Of a stretch of 64,000 nt of DNA, positions 1 through 10,452 are shown piece after piece; positions within the stretch are counted from its first letter, which is position 1; every line of letters begins with the position of its first letter. Source of the stretch: Microcoleus sp. GTDB taxonomy: Bacteria; Cyanobacteriota; Cyanobacteriia; Cyanobacteriales; Microcoleaceae. The DNA lies in the NCBI GenBank assembly GCA_052279835.1, contig CP181291.1, positions 384,001-448,000 on the forward strand. Reading direction: 5' to 3'. The position numbers and the translations under genes are program-made. The notes below the pieces were generated by a model. It saw only the letters and a list, made by a program, of their open reading frames with translations, made no database searches and was not told the DNA's origin.

Positions 1-1687
1 CAGTAGTCCGCAAGTTGGCTAAACCGCGTTCTTCCACGGCCATTTTATGCCATTCTTCAGAATAGCCATTGCCACCGAATACCACAGCACCATGCTCGTC
101 CATGACTTCTTTCAGGGCGTTTTGGATGGCAGCGTTTAATTCAGTTCCTTTGGCCAAATCGCTTTCTAACTTGTTAGCAACCCAGTCCAAAGAATCTGCC
201 AAAATTGTATTCATTGCCACCAAGGGGCCGGAAACAGATTGACCGGAACCTACAGCACGGAATTCAAAACGGTTGCCAGTAAAAGCAAAGGGTGATGTCC
301 GGTTTCTGTCGCCGGCATCTTTTACGAAAGTAGGCAGTGTTTCTACGCCTAAATTCATGATTCCGCGACCTTGAGAACCCTTAATTCCGCCCTGGCGAAT
401 TTGATCGAAGATATCTTCTAATTGCGAACCCAAATAGACAGAGATAATCGCTGGCGGAGCTTCATTGGCACCCAAGCGGTGGTCGTTGCTGGCAGTTGCA
501 ACTACGGCGCGCAACAAAGGGCCGTATTTGTGTACGCCGCGAATTACAGCACCGCAGAACACTAGGAATTGTATGTTGGAGTGCGGTGTATCGCCTGGGT
601 CTAACAAGTTGCCTTGGGTGGCGTTACCGACTGACCAGTTAACGTGTTTGCCGGAACCGTTAATCCCTGCAAAAGGCTTTTCGTGGAGCAAGCAAATAAA
701 ACCATGTTTCTTCGCGGTGTTGCGCAGAATTGTCATGGTTAATTGTTGGTGGTCGCTGGCAACGTTTGCTGCTTCAAAAACTGGTGCAATTTCAAATTGA
801 CCTGGTGCTACTTCGTTGTGGCGGGTTTTGGCGGGAATTCCGAGGCGATACATTCTTTCTTCTACTTCTTGCATGAAGATTTGAACGCGCTCTGGAATTG
901 CTCCAAAATAGTGGTCGTCAAATTGCTGACCTTTGGCTGGAGGTTTGCCAAACAGGGTGCGACCTGCTAACAGTAAATCGGGACGATTGTTGGCAAAGTT
1001 GGCATCTATTAGGAAGTATTCTTGTTCGGCACCGCAACTGGAATTTACGGGAGCAACTTCGGTATTTCCTAATAGTTTCAAAACGCGGGTTGCTGCTTTG
1101 TTCATTGCGGCAATGGAACGCAACAGCGGTGTTTTCTTGTCTAGTGCTTCGCCTGTCCAGGAGATGAAAACAGTGGGAATGCACAATGTCATGCCGTTGT
1201 CTGTTTCCATGACATAAGCAGGGCTGGTGACATCCCAAGCTGTGTATCCGCGAGCGGCGGCGGTGGAACGGATGCCGCCGTTGGGGAAGGAGGAGCCGTC
1301 TGGTTCACCTTGTACTAGCAGTTTGCCGGCAAATTCTGAGATGACTGAACCATCGCTTTGTACAGAGATGAAACCGTCGTGTTTTTCAGCGGTGCTGTTG
1401 GTGAGCGGATAAAATACGTGAGCGTAGTACAATGCTCCTTTGGAAATAGCCCAGTCTTTCATGGCTACCGCAACTACGTCAGCTACGGATTCGTCGAGTT
1501 TTTTGCCGGTTTGAACTGTATTTTTTACTGATTTAAAAATACTTTTGGGCAGACTCTCTTGCATCTTGCTGAGAGTGAAGACATCTGTTGCCCACATATC
1601 TTCTAGTCGTTTCGCAGGCTGGGTAGGTGTCAGTGGGCGGTTGACAATTTGGGAAATTGCTTGAACGCGCGATTCGTTTCCACTCAT
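1..1687 (-). CDS. glnN: Glutamine synthetase type III (3' end runs off the window)
   Basis: Manual translation from ATG 1687 gives [21 protein letters not shown]...; motifs [39 protein letters not shown] and [22 protein letters not shown]. Absent from the ORF track because there is no stop in the window. Confidence 0.95.
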   Translation of the reverse strand, partial: MSGNESRVQAISQIVNRPLTPTQPAKRLEDMWATDVFTLSKMQESLPKSIFKSVKNTVQTGKKLDESVADVVAVAMKDWAISKGALYYAHVFYPLTNSTAEKHDGFISVQSDGSVISEFAGKLLVQGEPDGSSFPNGGIRSTAAARGYTAWDVTSPAYVMETDNGMTLCIPTVFISWTGEALDKKTPLLRSIAAMNKAATRVLKLLGNTEVAPVNSSCGAEQEYFLIDANFANNRPDLLLAGRTLFGKPPAKGQQFDDHYFGAIPERVQIFMQEVEERMYRLGIPAKTRHNEVAPGQFEIAPVFEAANVASDHQQLTMTILRNTAKKHGFICLLHEKPFAGINGSGKHVNWSVGNATQGNLLDPGDTPHSNIQFLVFCGAVIRGVHKYGPLLRAVVATASNDHRLGANEAPPAIISVYLGSQLEDIFDQIRQGGIKGSQGRGIMNLGVETLPTFVKDAGDRNRTSPFAFTGNRFEFRAVGSGQSVSGPLVAMNTILADSLDWVANKLESDLAKGTELNAAIQNALKEVMDEHGAVVFGGNGYSEEWHKMAVEERGLANLRTT

Positions 1688-2161
1688 GATAGTTTTTTGT
1701 TGTTGATTTGGGGACAAGTAGTTTTGAAAAGATACGGCTTAGGAACAGCCAGTTTTTAGTGAGGATGTTAGTCCTTTTTCTTGTTTTATAATCATGGCTT
1801 TAGTCCTGACTACAAACAAGTTTTATTACGGGTGGTTAGTGCTAGGTCCGATCGCCCAGATACCATATTGATGACACTCCAGTGTCAGATGCGGTTGGAT
1901 ATCGGTTATTAACAAAACAATAGATGGCAATAGCGTGTACTAACTTTGGTCAATATCATTGATATCAACTTGGCACAGATTTAGTACCTAATTTTTACCC
2001 TGGTAAGATCAAAAATTTTGTGCCTATGGATTCTTTTGAATTCAGGTCAAAACTACTTAGGGTTTTTAACTGCGTGGCGATCGCTAAATCGCATTCTACC
2101 AAATAACACTGTTATGTGAGGTTTTGGAGAATTATCGAAAATACACAATCCACACTTGGAG

Positions 2162-2204
2162 AGTGTAAACAATCGTTAATTGAATAAATGTATCCTAGAC
2201 TACA
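2162..2204 (-). promoter_or_regulatory. NtcA-activated promoter facing glnN
   Basis: TGTA-TCCTAGAC-TACA at 2189-2204 (GTA-N8-TAC), then 22 nt, then TACACT (-10, TAN3T) on the minus strand at 2167-2162. Confidence 0.85.
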
Positions 2205-2220
2205 GAATATTATTTTTTTC

Positions 2221-2330
2221 GGCACTTACCCATCAAAACCAAAGAAACGGGGTTTTTTGTGCGATTCAAGAGCTGTAGTGAAAAATTTTGGCAAAAAACC
2301 CGGTTTCTGACTATCGGTGCGTAAGTCCTA
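2221..2330. mobile_element. Miniature inverted-repeat element (AGAAACCGGGTTTTT family)
   Basis: Internal IR AGAAACGGGGTTTTT / AAAAACCCGGTTTCT, ending TGCGTAAGTCCTA; related copies at 15531, 32666 and 33041. Confidence 0.75.
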
Positions 2331-2563
2331 TTTTTGCAAAACTCTGGTACAGACGTTCCGGTGGAATGTCTTCTGCTGCTGCACCGAGGTTGCTAGACTA
2401 TGGCGTTGAGGGTGGGTAGGAAGGGAATATCTGTAACACCTGAGTCGTAGCCAAGTTGTGTCAAGATGAATAGACCATTCTAGAATTTGCAGATCGATCG
2501 TATATATAGTCGCGTTTGGGGAGGCGACCAAACCTGATGTTATACTCGCCTGTAACAACTTGG

Positions 2564-3646
2564 TTAAACCGGATTACAGACTTGTTTCTTGATAGGAATA
2601 TGAATCACAAACTCCGCCCCTCTTCCCGCAGTTGAAAAAAACATGAGCTTACCGCCATGTTTTTCAGTGATAATCTGGTAACTAATCGCCATTCCCATTC
2701 CTGTGCCCTTCCCAATGGGTTTTGTGGTGAAGAACGGATTAAATATTTGTTCTTGAATTTCTTCGGGAATTCCTAATCCCGTATCTGCGATCGCAATTTG
2801 TACCCATTTTGCATCAACCACTGATGTAGAGATAGTAATCTGACTAGCATTTTCTTTTATTTCTGGAACCGTTCGTTTTTGATTTAATTCTTCAATGGCA
2901 TCAATAGCATTGACCAGAATATTCATAAACACCTGATTAAGTTGTCCGGCATAGCACTCCACCCGTGGCAAATTACCGTAGTTCCGAATCACCTGAATCT
3001 CTGAGTTTTCCGGATGATTTTTCAGACGATGCTGCAAAATGAGTAATGTACTATCAATTCCTTCATGAATATCGACTGACTTGAGGTGAGCTTCGTCCAT
3101 TCGCGAAAATATCCGCAAAGACAGGACAATGTTACGGATGCGTTCTGTTCCTAGCTTCATAGAAGTCACAATTTTGAGCAAGTCTTGCTGCAAAAAAGCT
3201 AGGTCTATTTCATCTGCCTCGCCTTGAATTTCAGCTACGGGATTGGGGTAGTGATGCTGATAAAGTTGTACGATATTCAACAGGTTTTGAGCATAGTCCT
3301 CCAAGTATTTTAAGTTGCCGTGGATGAAGTTAACTGGATTATTAATTTCATGGGCAACACCCGCTACAAGTTGCCCTAAGCTGGACATCTTTTCAGTATG
3401 AACGAGTTGGGCTTGAGTGCGTTTAAGTTCGCTCAAAGTCTGTTCTAACTGACGCTTTTCTTTGACTTCTTTTTGGGAATTTTCTAGGTCGTTGATAATT
3501 TGCCGGAGCAAAGATTCTTTTTTTTGATTCGTTTGCTCTAGTTCTTGGCAAGTTGTCTCCGAGCGCTCTAATTTTTTGCGTAAAATGCGATTTTCTTTTT
3601 CAAGCTGCTTAATTCTTGCCGCAACCTCTATTTCTTCTGACTCCAT
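2564..3646 (-). CDS. Cytoplasmic histidine kinase (coiled coil + HisKA + HATPase, no sensor domain)
   Basis: H-box GVAHEINNP, N-box QVFMNILVNAIDA, DTGLG, FNPFFTTK, GTGMGM. Confidence 0.93.
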   Translation of the reverse strand: MESEEIEVAARIKQLEKENRILRKKLERSETTCQELEQTNQKKESLLRQIINDLENSQKEVKEKRQLEQTLSELKRTQAQLVHTEKMSSLGQLVAGVAHEINNPVNFIHGNLKYLEDYAQNLLNIVQLYQHHYPNPVAEIQGEADEIDLAFLQQDLLKIVTSMKLGTERIRNIVLSLRIFSRMDEAHLKSVDIHEGIDSTLLILQHRLKNHPENSEIQVIRNYGNLPRVECYAGQLNQVFMNILVNAIDAIEELNQKRTVPEIKENASQITISTSVVDAKWVQIAIADTGLGIPEEIQEQIFNPFFTTKPIGKGTGMGMAISYQIITEKHGGKLMFFSTAGRGAEFVIHIPIKKQVCNPV

Positions 3647-3647
3647 C

Positions 3648-4802
3648 TTAGGCTTCTCCGATTAGCAAAGTGACAAATGTTTCATTGTGAAAATAGGAGA
3701 TACCCAGAGCTGTTAAGGGGGAAATTTCCCCATTGGTGTAAAAGCCACAAGTGGGCAAGGATTTGGTCAAACAGGTTTGAGTTAGTGCGTATTCTTCTTT
3801 AGTTCGAGTACCTAAGATTTGTCGCCTACTGGCGCAGGAAAAATACAAAGCAGCCGCCGGTTCTTTGCCGGGATAATTCTCTAAGGCTTGTATCATGGAG
3901 GTTCGAGATGCAGACAGAATACTATCGTGGGTAGTTTCGGTAATTTGAACGATCGCCTGTTCGGGCAGATCTCCAAAAAAGCTCACGCTACCAATTTCTG
4001 AATCATAAACTCCACTGGGTGCGCGCAAATAGTAATGATTTTCATTGACATCAAACACGGCTAAGGGATATTCTGAGGATGGTGGCATTTTCCCCAAATA
4101 ATGGTGATAAAATGCGAGAGCAGGTTTACTATCAATTTCGTAGACTATATTTTGAGAAGCTTTGGTAACTTTACCTCCCTTGCCAATGGGATTCCAACCA
4201 CTAGCAATACCGTGAGAAAACAGGATTGAACCCGATATTAAAAGAATCGGAAAGGCATCGCTATAAACCCCAGTTTTGTAGAATTGATAGGTTTTTTTGA
4301 ACTGCCATCTGTCCGCGGTAAGTCCGCCAAAAATAGGTATGTTTCCCCCTAAAGTTTGATTCAAACTATCCAAGATTAAAACGGCGCTAGTGGTGAGACT
4401 TTCTGGCAAAGCAATACAGAGTTTAATCTCTTCTGTATGACCTATTTTTGCTTGAACAATAGCGGTTTTAATGGCGCTATTTAAGTTCTGAGAAATGTCT
4501 CGTCCAATGCCAGCAGTAATTTTGATTTTATCTGCACAAAATAGCATCAGAGTCAGGGAATCTTGCTCAAATCCTAGAACAGAAGACATCTCTCCATCAG
4601 TGGTGCCACCAATTAGCTCAATTCCCGGATAAGTCAGATGAATTTGATTTAAGATGAGAGTATGTTCAAAGTCAATGGCTGCGAATAGTATACCCGCTTG
4701 AGGTGATGCTCCTGAAAGGGATTGCTGGCATTGCTCTAGGACTTCTGCGATCGCCGACAGAGAATCAGGGTCGTTGCTATGACCAACTACAGTTTTTAAC
4801 AT
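3648..4802 (-). CDS. FIST N/C domain signal-transduction protein (NosP-like)
   Basis: LIGGTTDGE, PIFGGLTAD, SGWNPIG, FSCASR, GFYTNGEISP and FHNET are typical FIST motifs; 1-nt gap to the kinase. Confidence 0.9.
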   Translation of the reverse strand: MLKTVVGHSNDPDSLSAIAEVLEQCQQSLSGASPQAGILFAAIDFEHTLILNQIHLTYPGIELIGGTTDGEMSSVLGFEQDSLTLMLFCADKIKITAGIGRDISQNLNSAIKTAIVQAKIGHTEEIKLCIALPESLTTSAVLILDSLNQTLGGNIPIFGGLTADRWQFKKTYQFYKTGVYSDAFPILLISGSILFSHGIASGWNPIGKGGKVTKASQNIVYEIDSKPALAFYHHYLGKMPPSSEYPLAVFDVNENHYYLRAPSGVYDSEIGSVSFFGDLPEQAIVQITETTHDSILSASRTSMIQALENYPGKEPAAALYFSCASRRQILGTRTKEEYALTQTCLTKSLPTCGFYTNGEISPLTALGISYFHNETFVTLLIGEA

Positions 4803-5259
4803 CGGTTTAGTTTCATTTCCTTAATCTTAATTATTGGAAATAAATTTACCATATTCAGCAACTAAAACCCGGAAAATAGCGAACTTTTATTTAAAGTGTG
4901 GGAAGAGATTATAAGAGCTGGTGTGGGCTGGAGAGCGTCCTAATTTAGGTTTGGTTACAACTGCTACACCGATACCAGTTTGGTCCCTAGAGGATTCAAT
5001 ATAAAATTTATTAAATGATTGCAACTGGGTATGATAATGTTAGGAGCATGCTCCAGATCGCCCAATCAATTAATTCTTCATCACAAAAATTTACGTCAGT
5101 AACCGATCCAGGAAGTTCCTTTTAGACCGCCAAAGAAGCTTGAATTACAAATTATGTTCCAATTCCTATAATTAAGCTTGATTTACGTAGTTAAGCCTTT
5201 TGCCAGATGACAACCTTAACTCCTCACCCCAATATTGATAATATTTCGAGTCACAATGT

Positions 5260-7689
5260 ATGCCACAATACTTCGGAAAACTCCAAACTACCGAACAGCC
5301 TTGGTCAATTATTGGCGCAGTAGAATCGATCGCTAAAACCGATCGCACAATTCACTTCAACTGTACCAATTCCGCTCTCAAAATCAGCATCCTCGCGCCG
5401 AATTTAATCCGAGTGCGAATGTGGCCAAATCCCCCCCAACCAGGGCGGGCACGCACCATCCACCGCCCCTACAACGGCGGGCAAGAAATAAAATTATCAC
5501 CCCCCCTTAGTAAGGGGGGGCAGGGGGGGGGTCAAAGCAAATTGCACTCAGTAACTCTCCCCGACGAAGAATGGGAAATCGTACCTTTTGAAGTGCGAGA
5601 AACCGCAGAAAAAATCGAAATAGAAACATCACAAATAACGATTTCTGTCAATCGCGATCGCACTTCCATCGAATGCTTTGACAAATCGGGAAAACCCTTT
5701 GCTAGGGACTGCGATCGCCCGATGGGATGGCGCACAGGTGCAACCGCAGCTTGGAAACAAATCGAAACAGACGAACACTTCTACGGTTTCGGCGAACGCA
5801 CGGGCTTGCTGGACAAACTCTCCGAAGTCAAGACAAACTGGACAACAGACTCCCTCGACTACACCTCCGTCACCGATGAAATGTACCAGGCGATCGCATT
5901 TTACATCGCCCTGAATCCCGATCGCGCTTACGGCATCTTTTTCAACACCACATTTTGGAGTCAGTTCGACATCGGCGCCGAACAACCGGGCATTTTGCGG
6001 ATGGAAACCAGAGACACGGAACTCGACTATTACATCATCTACGGCCCCGAACCCGCCCAAATTCTCGCCACCTACACGCAGTTAACCGGCCGGATGCCAC
6101 TCGCGCCAAAATGGGCGCTAGGATACCACCAGTGCCGCTGGAGCTACGAATCAGAGGACGTGGTGCGGGAGTTGGCGAAGGAATTTCGCGATCGCGCGAT
6201 TCCCTGCGATGTCATCCACCTCGACATCGACTATATGCGCGGCTACCGGGTGTTTACTTGGAGCCCCAAGCGTTTCCCCGATCCGGCTAAACTGATCGCA
6301 GATTTGAAAGCAGCCGGTTTCAAGGTGGTGACGATTGTCGATCCTGGTGTCAAGTACGAACCGGAAGCAGATTACGAAATATTCGATCGCGGTGTGGAAA
6401 ACGACTATTTCGTGCGCACCGCCGAGGGAAAGCTTTTCCACGGTTACGTTTGGCCCGATAAAGCGGTGTTTCCCGACTTCCTGCGCCCAGACGTGCGGCA
6501 GTGGTGGGGGGAACTGCACCAAAGCCTGACAGATATGGGGGTTGCGGGGATTTGGAACGATATGAACGAACCGGCGATCGCAGAAAGGCCTTTTGGTGAT
6601 GGTGGCGAACACATCTGGTTTCCGCTGGATGCGCCACAAGGCCCCGATGACGATCGCACCACCCACGCCGAAACGCACAATTTGTATGGGTTGATGATGG
6701 CGAAAGCTTGTGCTGAGGGGTTGCAAAAACTGCGATCGCGCGATCGGTCTTTTGTGCTGACGCGATCGGGTTTTGCGGGCGTACAGCGGTACTCGTCGGT
6801 GTGGATGGGCGACAATCAATCGCTGTGGGATCATTTGGAAATGTCGATGCCGATGCTTTGCAACATGGGGCTTTCCGGCGTTGGGTTTGTTGGCTGCGAC
6901 ATCGGCGGTTTTGCGGGGAATGCTACGGCTGAGTTGTTCGCGCGGTGGATGCAGGTGGGGATGTTGTATCCGTTGATGCGCGGTCATTCGGCGCTGAGTA
7001 CGGCGCAGCACGAACCCTGGGTTTTTGGCGATCGCACTGAGAAGATTTGCCGCGAATACATCAATTTGCGCTATCAGTTGTTGCCTTATATTTACACGTT
7101 GTTTTGGGAAGCAGCGACGACGGGAACGCCGATTTTGCGACCCTTACTATATCACTTTCCGCGCGATCGCACAACTTATCACCTTTACGATCAAGTGTTG
7201 CTGGGCCCGTCGCTGATGGCTGCACCCGTTTACCGACCGGGAGTTGAGCATCGCGCCGTGTATTTGCCCGAGGGTACTTGGTACGATTGGTGGACGGGCG
7301 AATGCTATCAGGGCCCGACGCACATTTTAGCCCATGCACCTTTGGAAAGAATGCCGCTTTACGTGCGGGGTGGAGGGATAATTGCGATCGCACCTGTAAG
7401 GCAATTTGTTGAGGAAAGGGCGATCGATTCGTTGAAAATGCGAATTTGGCCCGGAACTGGTGAATGGACGCTTTATGAGGACGACGGACACAGTTTTGAA
7501 CACGAACAAGGTGTCTGGGCTACGACTAATTATCAGGTGTATTTGGAAGGGGAAAAAGTGATAGTTGAAGTAGCGGCGCGCGAGGGTCAATTTTTGATAT
7601 CAGAACGCGAAGTTATTGTGGAAGTTGTTGGCGTTGGCGAACAGCGATTTACAGATGACGGTACGGTGCGGCGTTTGATATTTGGATAG
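5260..7689 (+). CDS. Glycoside hydrolase family 31 alpha-glucosidase
   Basis: HLDIDYM, GIWNDMNEP nucleophile motif, WMGDN, GCDIGGF. Confidence 0.95.
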   Translation: MPQYFGKLQTTEQPWSIIGAVESIAKTDRTIHFNCTNSALKISILAPNLIRVRMWPNPPQPGRARTIHRPYNGGQEIKLSPPLSKGGQGGGQSKLHSVTLPDEEWEIVPFEVRETAEKIEIETSQITISVNRDRTSIECFDKSGKPFARDCDRPMGWRTGATAAWKQIETDEHFYGFGERTGLLDKLSEVKTNWTTDSLDYTSVTDEMYQAIAFYIALNPDRAYGIFFNTTFWSQFDIGAEQPGILRMETRDTELDYYIIYGPEPAQILATYTQLTGRMPLAPKWALGYHQCRWSYESEDVVRELAKEFRDRAIPCDVIHLDIDYMRGYRVFTWSPKRFPDPAKLIADLKAAGFKVVTIVDPGVKYEPEADYEIFDRGVENDYFVRTAEGKLFHGYVWPDKAVFPDFLRPDVRQWWGELHQSLTDMGVAGIWNDMNEPAIAERPFGDGGEHIWFPLDAPQGPDDDRTTHAETHNLYGLMMAKACAEGLQKLRSRDRSFVLTRSGFAGVQRYSSVWMGDNQSLWDHLEMSMPMLCNMGLSGVGFVGCDIGGFAGNATAELFARWMQVGMLYPLMRGHSALSTAQHEPWVFGDRTEKICREYINLRYQLLPYIYTLFWEAATTGTPILRPLLYHFPRDRTTYHLYDQVLLGPSLMAAPVYRPGVEHRAVYLPEGTWYDWWTGECYQGPTHILAHAPLERMPLYVRGGGIIAIAPVRQFVEERAIDSLKMRIWPGTGEWTLYEDDGHSFEHEQGVWATTNYQVYLEGEKVIVEVAAREGQFLISEREVIVEVVGVGEQRFTDDGTVRRLIFG

Positions 7690-7958
7690 TTTTGGGGATA
7701 AGGATGCAATATTGCCTGTCTTTAGTGTTTTAGTTTTGAGATGGCGACGACACTGCAACCGCTGAGGGAGAAGGAACCAGAGTTTACGAATCCGGTTTCG
7801 CCGAGGCGGTTTATGCTATGGTGGTATTTGTTAAGGGCGATCACTCCATCTAGTATAATTTAATAAATCAAGGGCGATCGCCTCCTTGAAATCGGGTGAG
7901 CCTGTGATTCTGGTGTGGTTATATGGTATACATAAACAGATAGAATAAAGGACTAGAT

Positions 7959-9413
7959 ATGGCATCAGACAATGAGCAAAAATTGCCAAATACGCCAAAT
8001 ACACTAAACGCATCACCTACAAAAAGCTTTTTTGTTGAGATGCTTACTCGTGATATTGATCTAGAAGATGCAATTCTAGATCTTTTAGATAATTGTATTG
8101 ATGGGATACAGCGAACTCTTAAAGATAAAGATAATTCTTCTTCCCACAAGCCTTATAAAAATTTTTGGGCAAAATTGACTTTTTCAAGTGAAAGCTTCAC
8201 GATAGAGGATAATTGTGGCGGTATACCAATAGATGTAGCTCAGGATTATGCTTTTAGGATGGGAAGACCTAATAATAATGTTGATAATGATATTTATACG
8301 ATCGGGACTTATGGGATTGGGATGAAAAGATCTATCTTCAAAATGGGACGATCAAGTGAAGTAATATCACAAACAGAAAAAGCTTCTTTTAAAGTTACGA
8401 TTCATCCTGACTGGTTAACCAATGATGAAGATTGGAATTTACCATTTGAATTAATTGAACCCACTTTAAAGGAAAAGGGGACATTAATTAAAATAACTGA
8501 CTTACATCCGAGCATTATCAATGTTTTTTCATCACCGCAATCTATCTTACACAATTCTCTAGTAAGCAAAATTTCTCATTATTACAGCTATATCATTCAC
8601 AAAGGTTTCACAGTTTCTATCAACGAAGTAAAAGTAACTCCGGAGCCTTTGAAACTTCTATGGGATGGCGCAAATCAGATAGATAAGCAAAATATTATTG
8701 CACCATATCTTTATGAAATGGAGAAAAATGGAGTTGAGATTAAACTAGCAATTGGGTTTTATAGACATACGGCTAGTGAGGAAGAAGTAGATGATGAAAT
8801 GGCAGGTAATAGGAGGACTAGCGAAACAGCAGGTTGGACTATTGTTTGTAATGACCGTGTGGTACTGTATTGTGACAAGACTCGTCTAACAGGTTGGGGA
8901 GAAGAGAAAGTTCCTAGCTATCATCCTCAATTTATCGCAATTTCAGGAGTTGTATACTTTCGCAGTCCAGATGCAAGAAAGTTGCCCATTACGACCACTA
9001 AAAGGGGTATAGATGCTTCTTCTGATATCTACTTATATGTTAAAGATTTTATGCGTGAAGGGCTTAAGACCTTTACTTCATATACTAACAAGTGGAAAGG
9101 AAATCTTCTTGAAGAAAAGGAGAGAGCAGAGAAAGCTCAACTTGTTGCTCCAAGTGAACTGTTTGCAAAGATTCCAGATAACAAGTGGACTAAGGTTAAA
9201 AGTAAAACATCTAAATCCGAAAGAAAGTATGTTCCTTCTTTACCTGTCCCAGAGCCTCAGAATGGCGAAGTAAGCAAAAAAAGTATAAGATTTTCCAGAC
9301 CTGTAAAGGAGATAAAGATAGTTGCTGAGCACTTGTTTGAAGACTCAGAGCGTGAACCTTCAGAGGTTGGAAATGAATGCTTTGAAAAAGTTTTAAGAGA
9401 GGCTATGCAATGA
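7959..9413 (+). CDS. GHKL/MORC-like ATPase (HATPase + S5-like domain)
   Basis: GHKL motifs AILDLLDNCIDG, IEDNCGGI, IGTYGIGMK and KGTLIKI; MORC-like S5 motifs GWTIVCNDRVV and LPITTTKRGID. Confidence 0.85.
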   Translation: MASDNEQKLPNTPNTLNASPTKSFFVEMLTRDIDLEDAILDLLDNCIDGIQRTLKDKDNSSSHKPYKNFWAKLTFSSESFTIEDNCGGIPIDVAQDYAFRMGRPNNNVDNDIYTIGTYGIGMKRSIFKMGRSSEVISQTEKASFKVTIHPDWLTNDEDWNLPFELIEPTLKEKGTLIKITDLHPSIINVFSSPQSILHNSLVSKISHYYSYIIHKGFTVSINEVKVTPEPLKLLWDGANQIDKQNIIAPYLYEMEKNGVEIKLAIGFYRHTASEEEVDDEMAGNRRTSETAGWTIVCNDRVVLYCDKTRLTGWGEEKVPSYHPQFIAISGVVYFRSPDARKLPITTTKRGIDASSDIYLYVKDFMREGLKTFTSYTNKWKGNLLEEKERAEKAQLVAPSELFAKIPDNKWTKVKSKTSKSERKYVPSLPVPEPQNGEVSKKSIRFSRPVKEIKIVAEHLFEDSEREPSEVGNECFEKVLREAMQ

Positions 9414-10396
9414 GTGGTGCATCAATTCCTTATCATTTAAGAGCTAACAAGGCGATCGATCGCTATGCGTTTCTAGAATTACTTTCAAAATTAGATAGAT
9501 ACTCTAGTATTTTTCAGTATAAATACATCGGCTTCGGCGGACATTCTCTGGAAGATTTCAAATACATACATTCGAGATTCGGACTAGAAAATATGCTCTC
9601 AATCGAAGAATGTGCAGATGTCTATAATCGACAAAAATTTAACCTGCCGCATAGTTGTATTGATTGCCTTAAACAATCCAGCAGTCAATTTATAGATGAA
9701 TTTGAGAGAAAACAAGAAACTATTATTTGGCTAGATTACGTTAGACCATCTGAATTACGAACACAAATAGAGGAATTTCAGGCTACTATTAGCAAGCTGG
9801 ATATACTTGATATTATCAAAATCACGGTGAATTGTCATGCAGCATCCTATGTGCAATCTCAGCAAAGCATGAGTTCTTCAGACCTAAAAAATGCCAGAAT
9901 AAGTAAGTTAAAAACAGTTTTAGGAGATCTTTTTCCTCCGGCGGACGTAACAGTAGATATGATGACCGAAAAGAGGTTTTCAGAGGCACTATGTCTAGTA
10001 TTAAAGTACGCTGGTAATTTGGCAATGTTAGGGAAAACTGATATATATTTTCAACCTCTAACGGCTTTTTCGTATGCTGACGGACAACAAATGCTTACAG
10101 TTACAGGAATCATACTTGAGCTAAATGAAAAGCAAGGTTTCCTCGATAAAACAAATATAGACAAATGGGAACTTAGTAACATAGACTGGAAACCACCGCG
10201 ACGAATTAACGTACCAGACTTAACAATTAAAGAACGACTGTACATTGATTCCCTTTTGCCAAAATCTGAAGCAAAGACTATACAGAATGAGTTGGGTTTT
10301 TTATTTGATTCAAAAGAAAATTTATCGCTTGAAATGTTAGAAACTTATGTTCTTTTTTATCGTCAATCACCCTACTTCTCAAGGATAGTTTTTTAG
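9410..10396 (+). CDS. Putative SAM-dependent (O-)methyltransferase-like protein
   Basis: N-terminal YHLRANKAIDR; Rossmann-like YIGFGG...SIEE...IIWLDY; ATGA overlap with the upstream ATPase. Confidence 0.65.
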   Translation: MSGASIPYHLRANKAIDRYAFLELLSKLDRYSSIFQYKYIGFGGHSLEDFKYIHSRFGLENMLSIEECADVYNRQKFNLPHSCIDCLKQSSSQFIDEFERKQETIIWLDYVRPSELRTQIEEFQATISKLDILDIIKITVNCHAASYVQSQQSMSSSDLKNARISKLKTVLGDLFPPADVTVDMMTEKRFSEALCLVLKYAGNLAMLGKTDIYFQPLTAFSYADGQQMLTVTGIILELNEKQGFLDKTNIDKWELSNIDWKPPRRINVPDLTIKERLYIDSLLPKSEAKTIQNELGFLFDSKENLSLEMLETYVLFYRQSPYFSRIVF

Positions 10397-10452
10397 ATAA
10401 GTAAAATATTTAAAACAATGGATGAGTAGACCCCGACACCTACCCACAAACT

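Noticed and set aside
465..1412. Short ORFs listed in the track
   Set aside because: Shadows of glnN on the minus strand.
1688..2160. Glutamine riboswitch upstream of glnN
   Set aside because: I could not find the glnA-motif consensus by eye.
4954..4967. GTT-N8-TAC NtcA-like site upstream of the FIST gene
   Set aside because: Imperfect, and no -10 box at the expected 22-nt spacing toward the FIST gene.
7717..7925. Possible gene remnant or 40-aa ORF upstream of the MORC-like ATPase, with duplicated AAGGGCGATC
   Set aside because: No recognisable family and the frames are inconsistent, so it cannot be supported as a third system component without a search.
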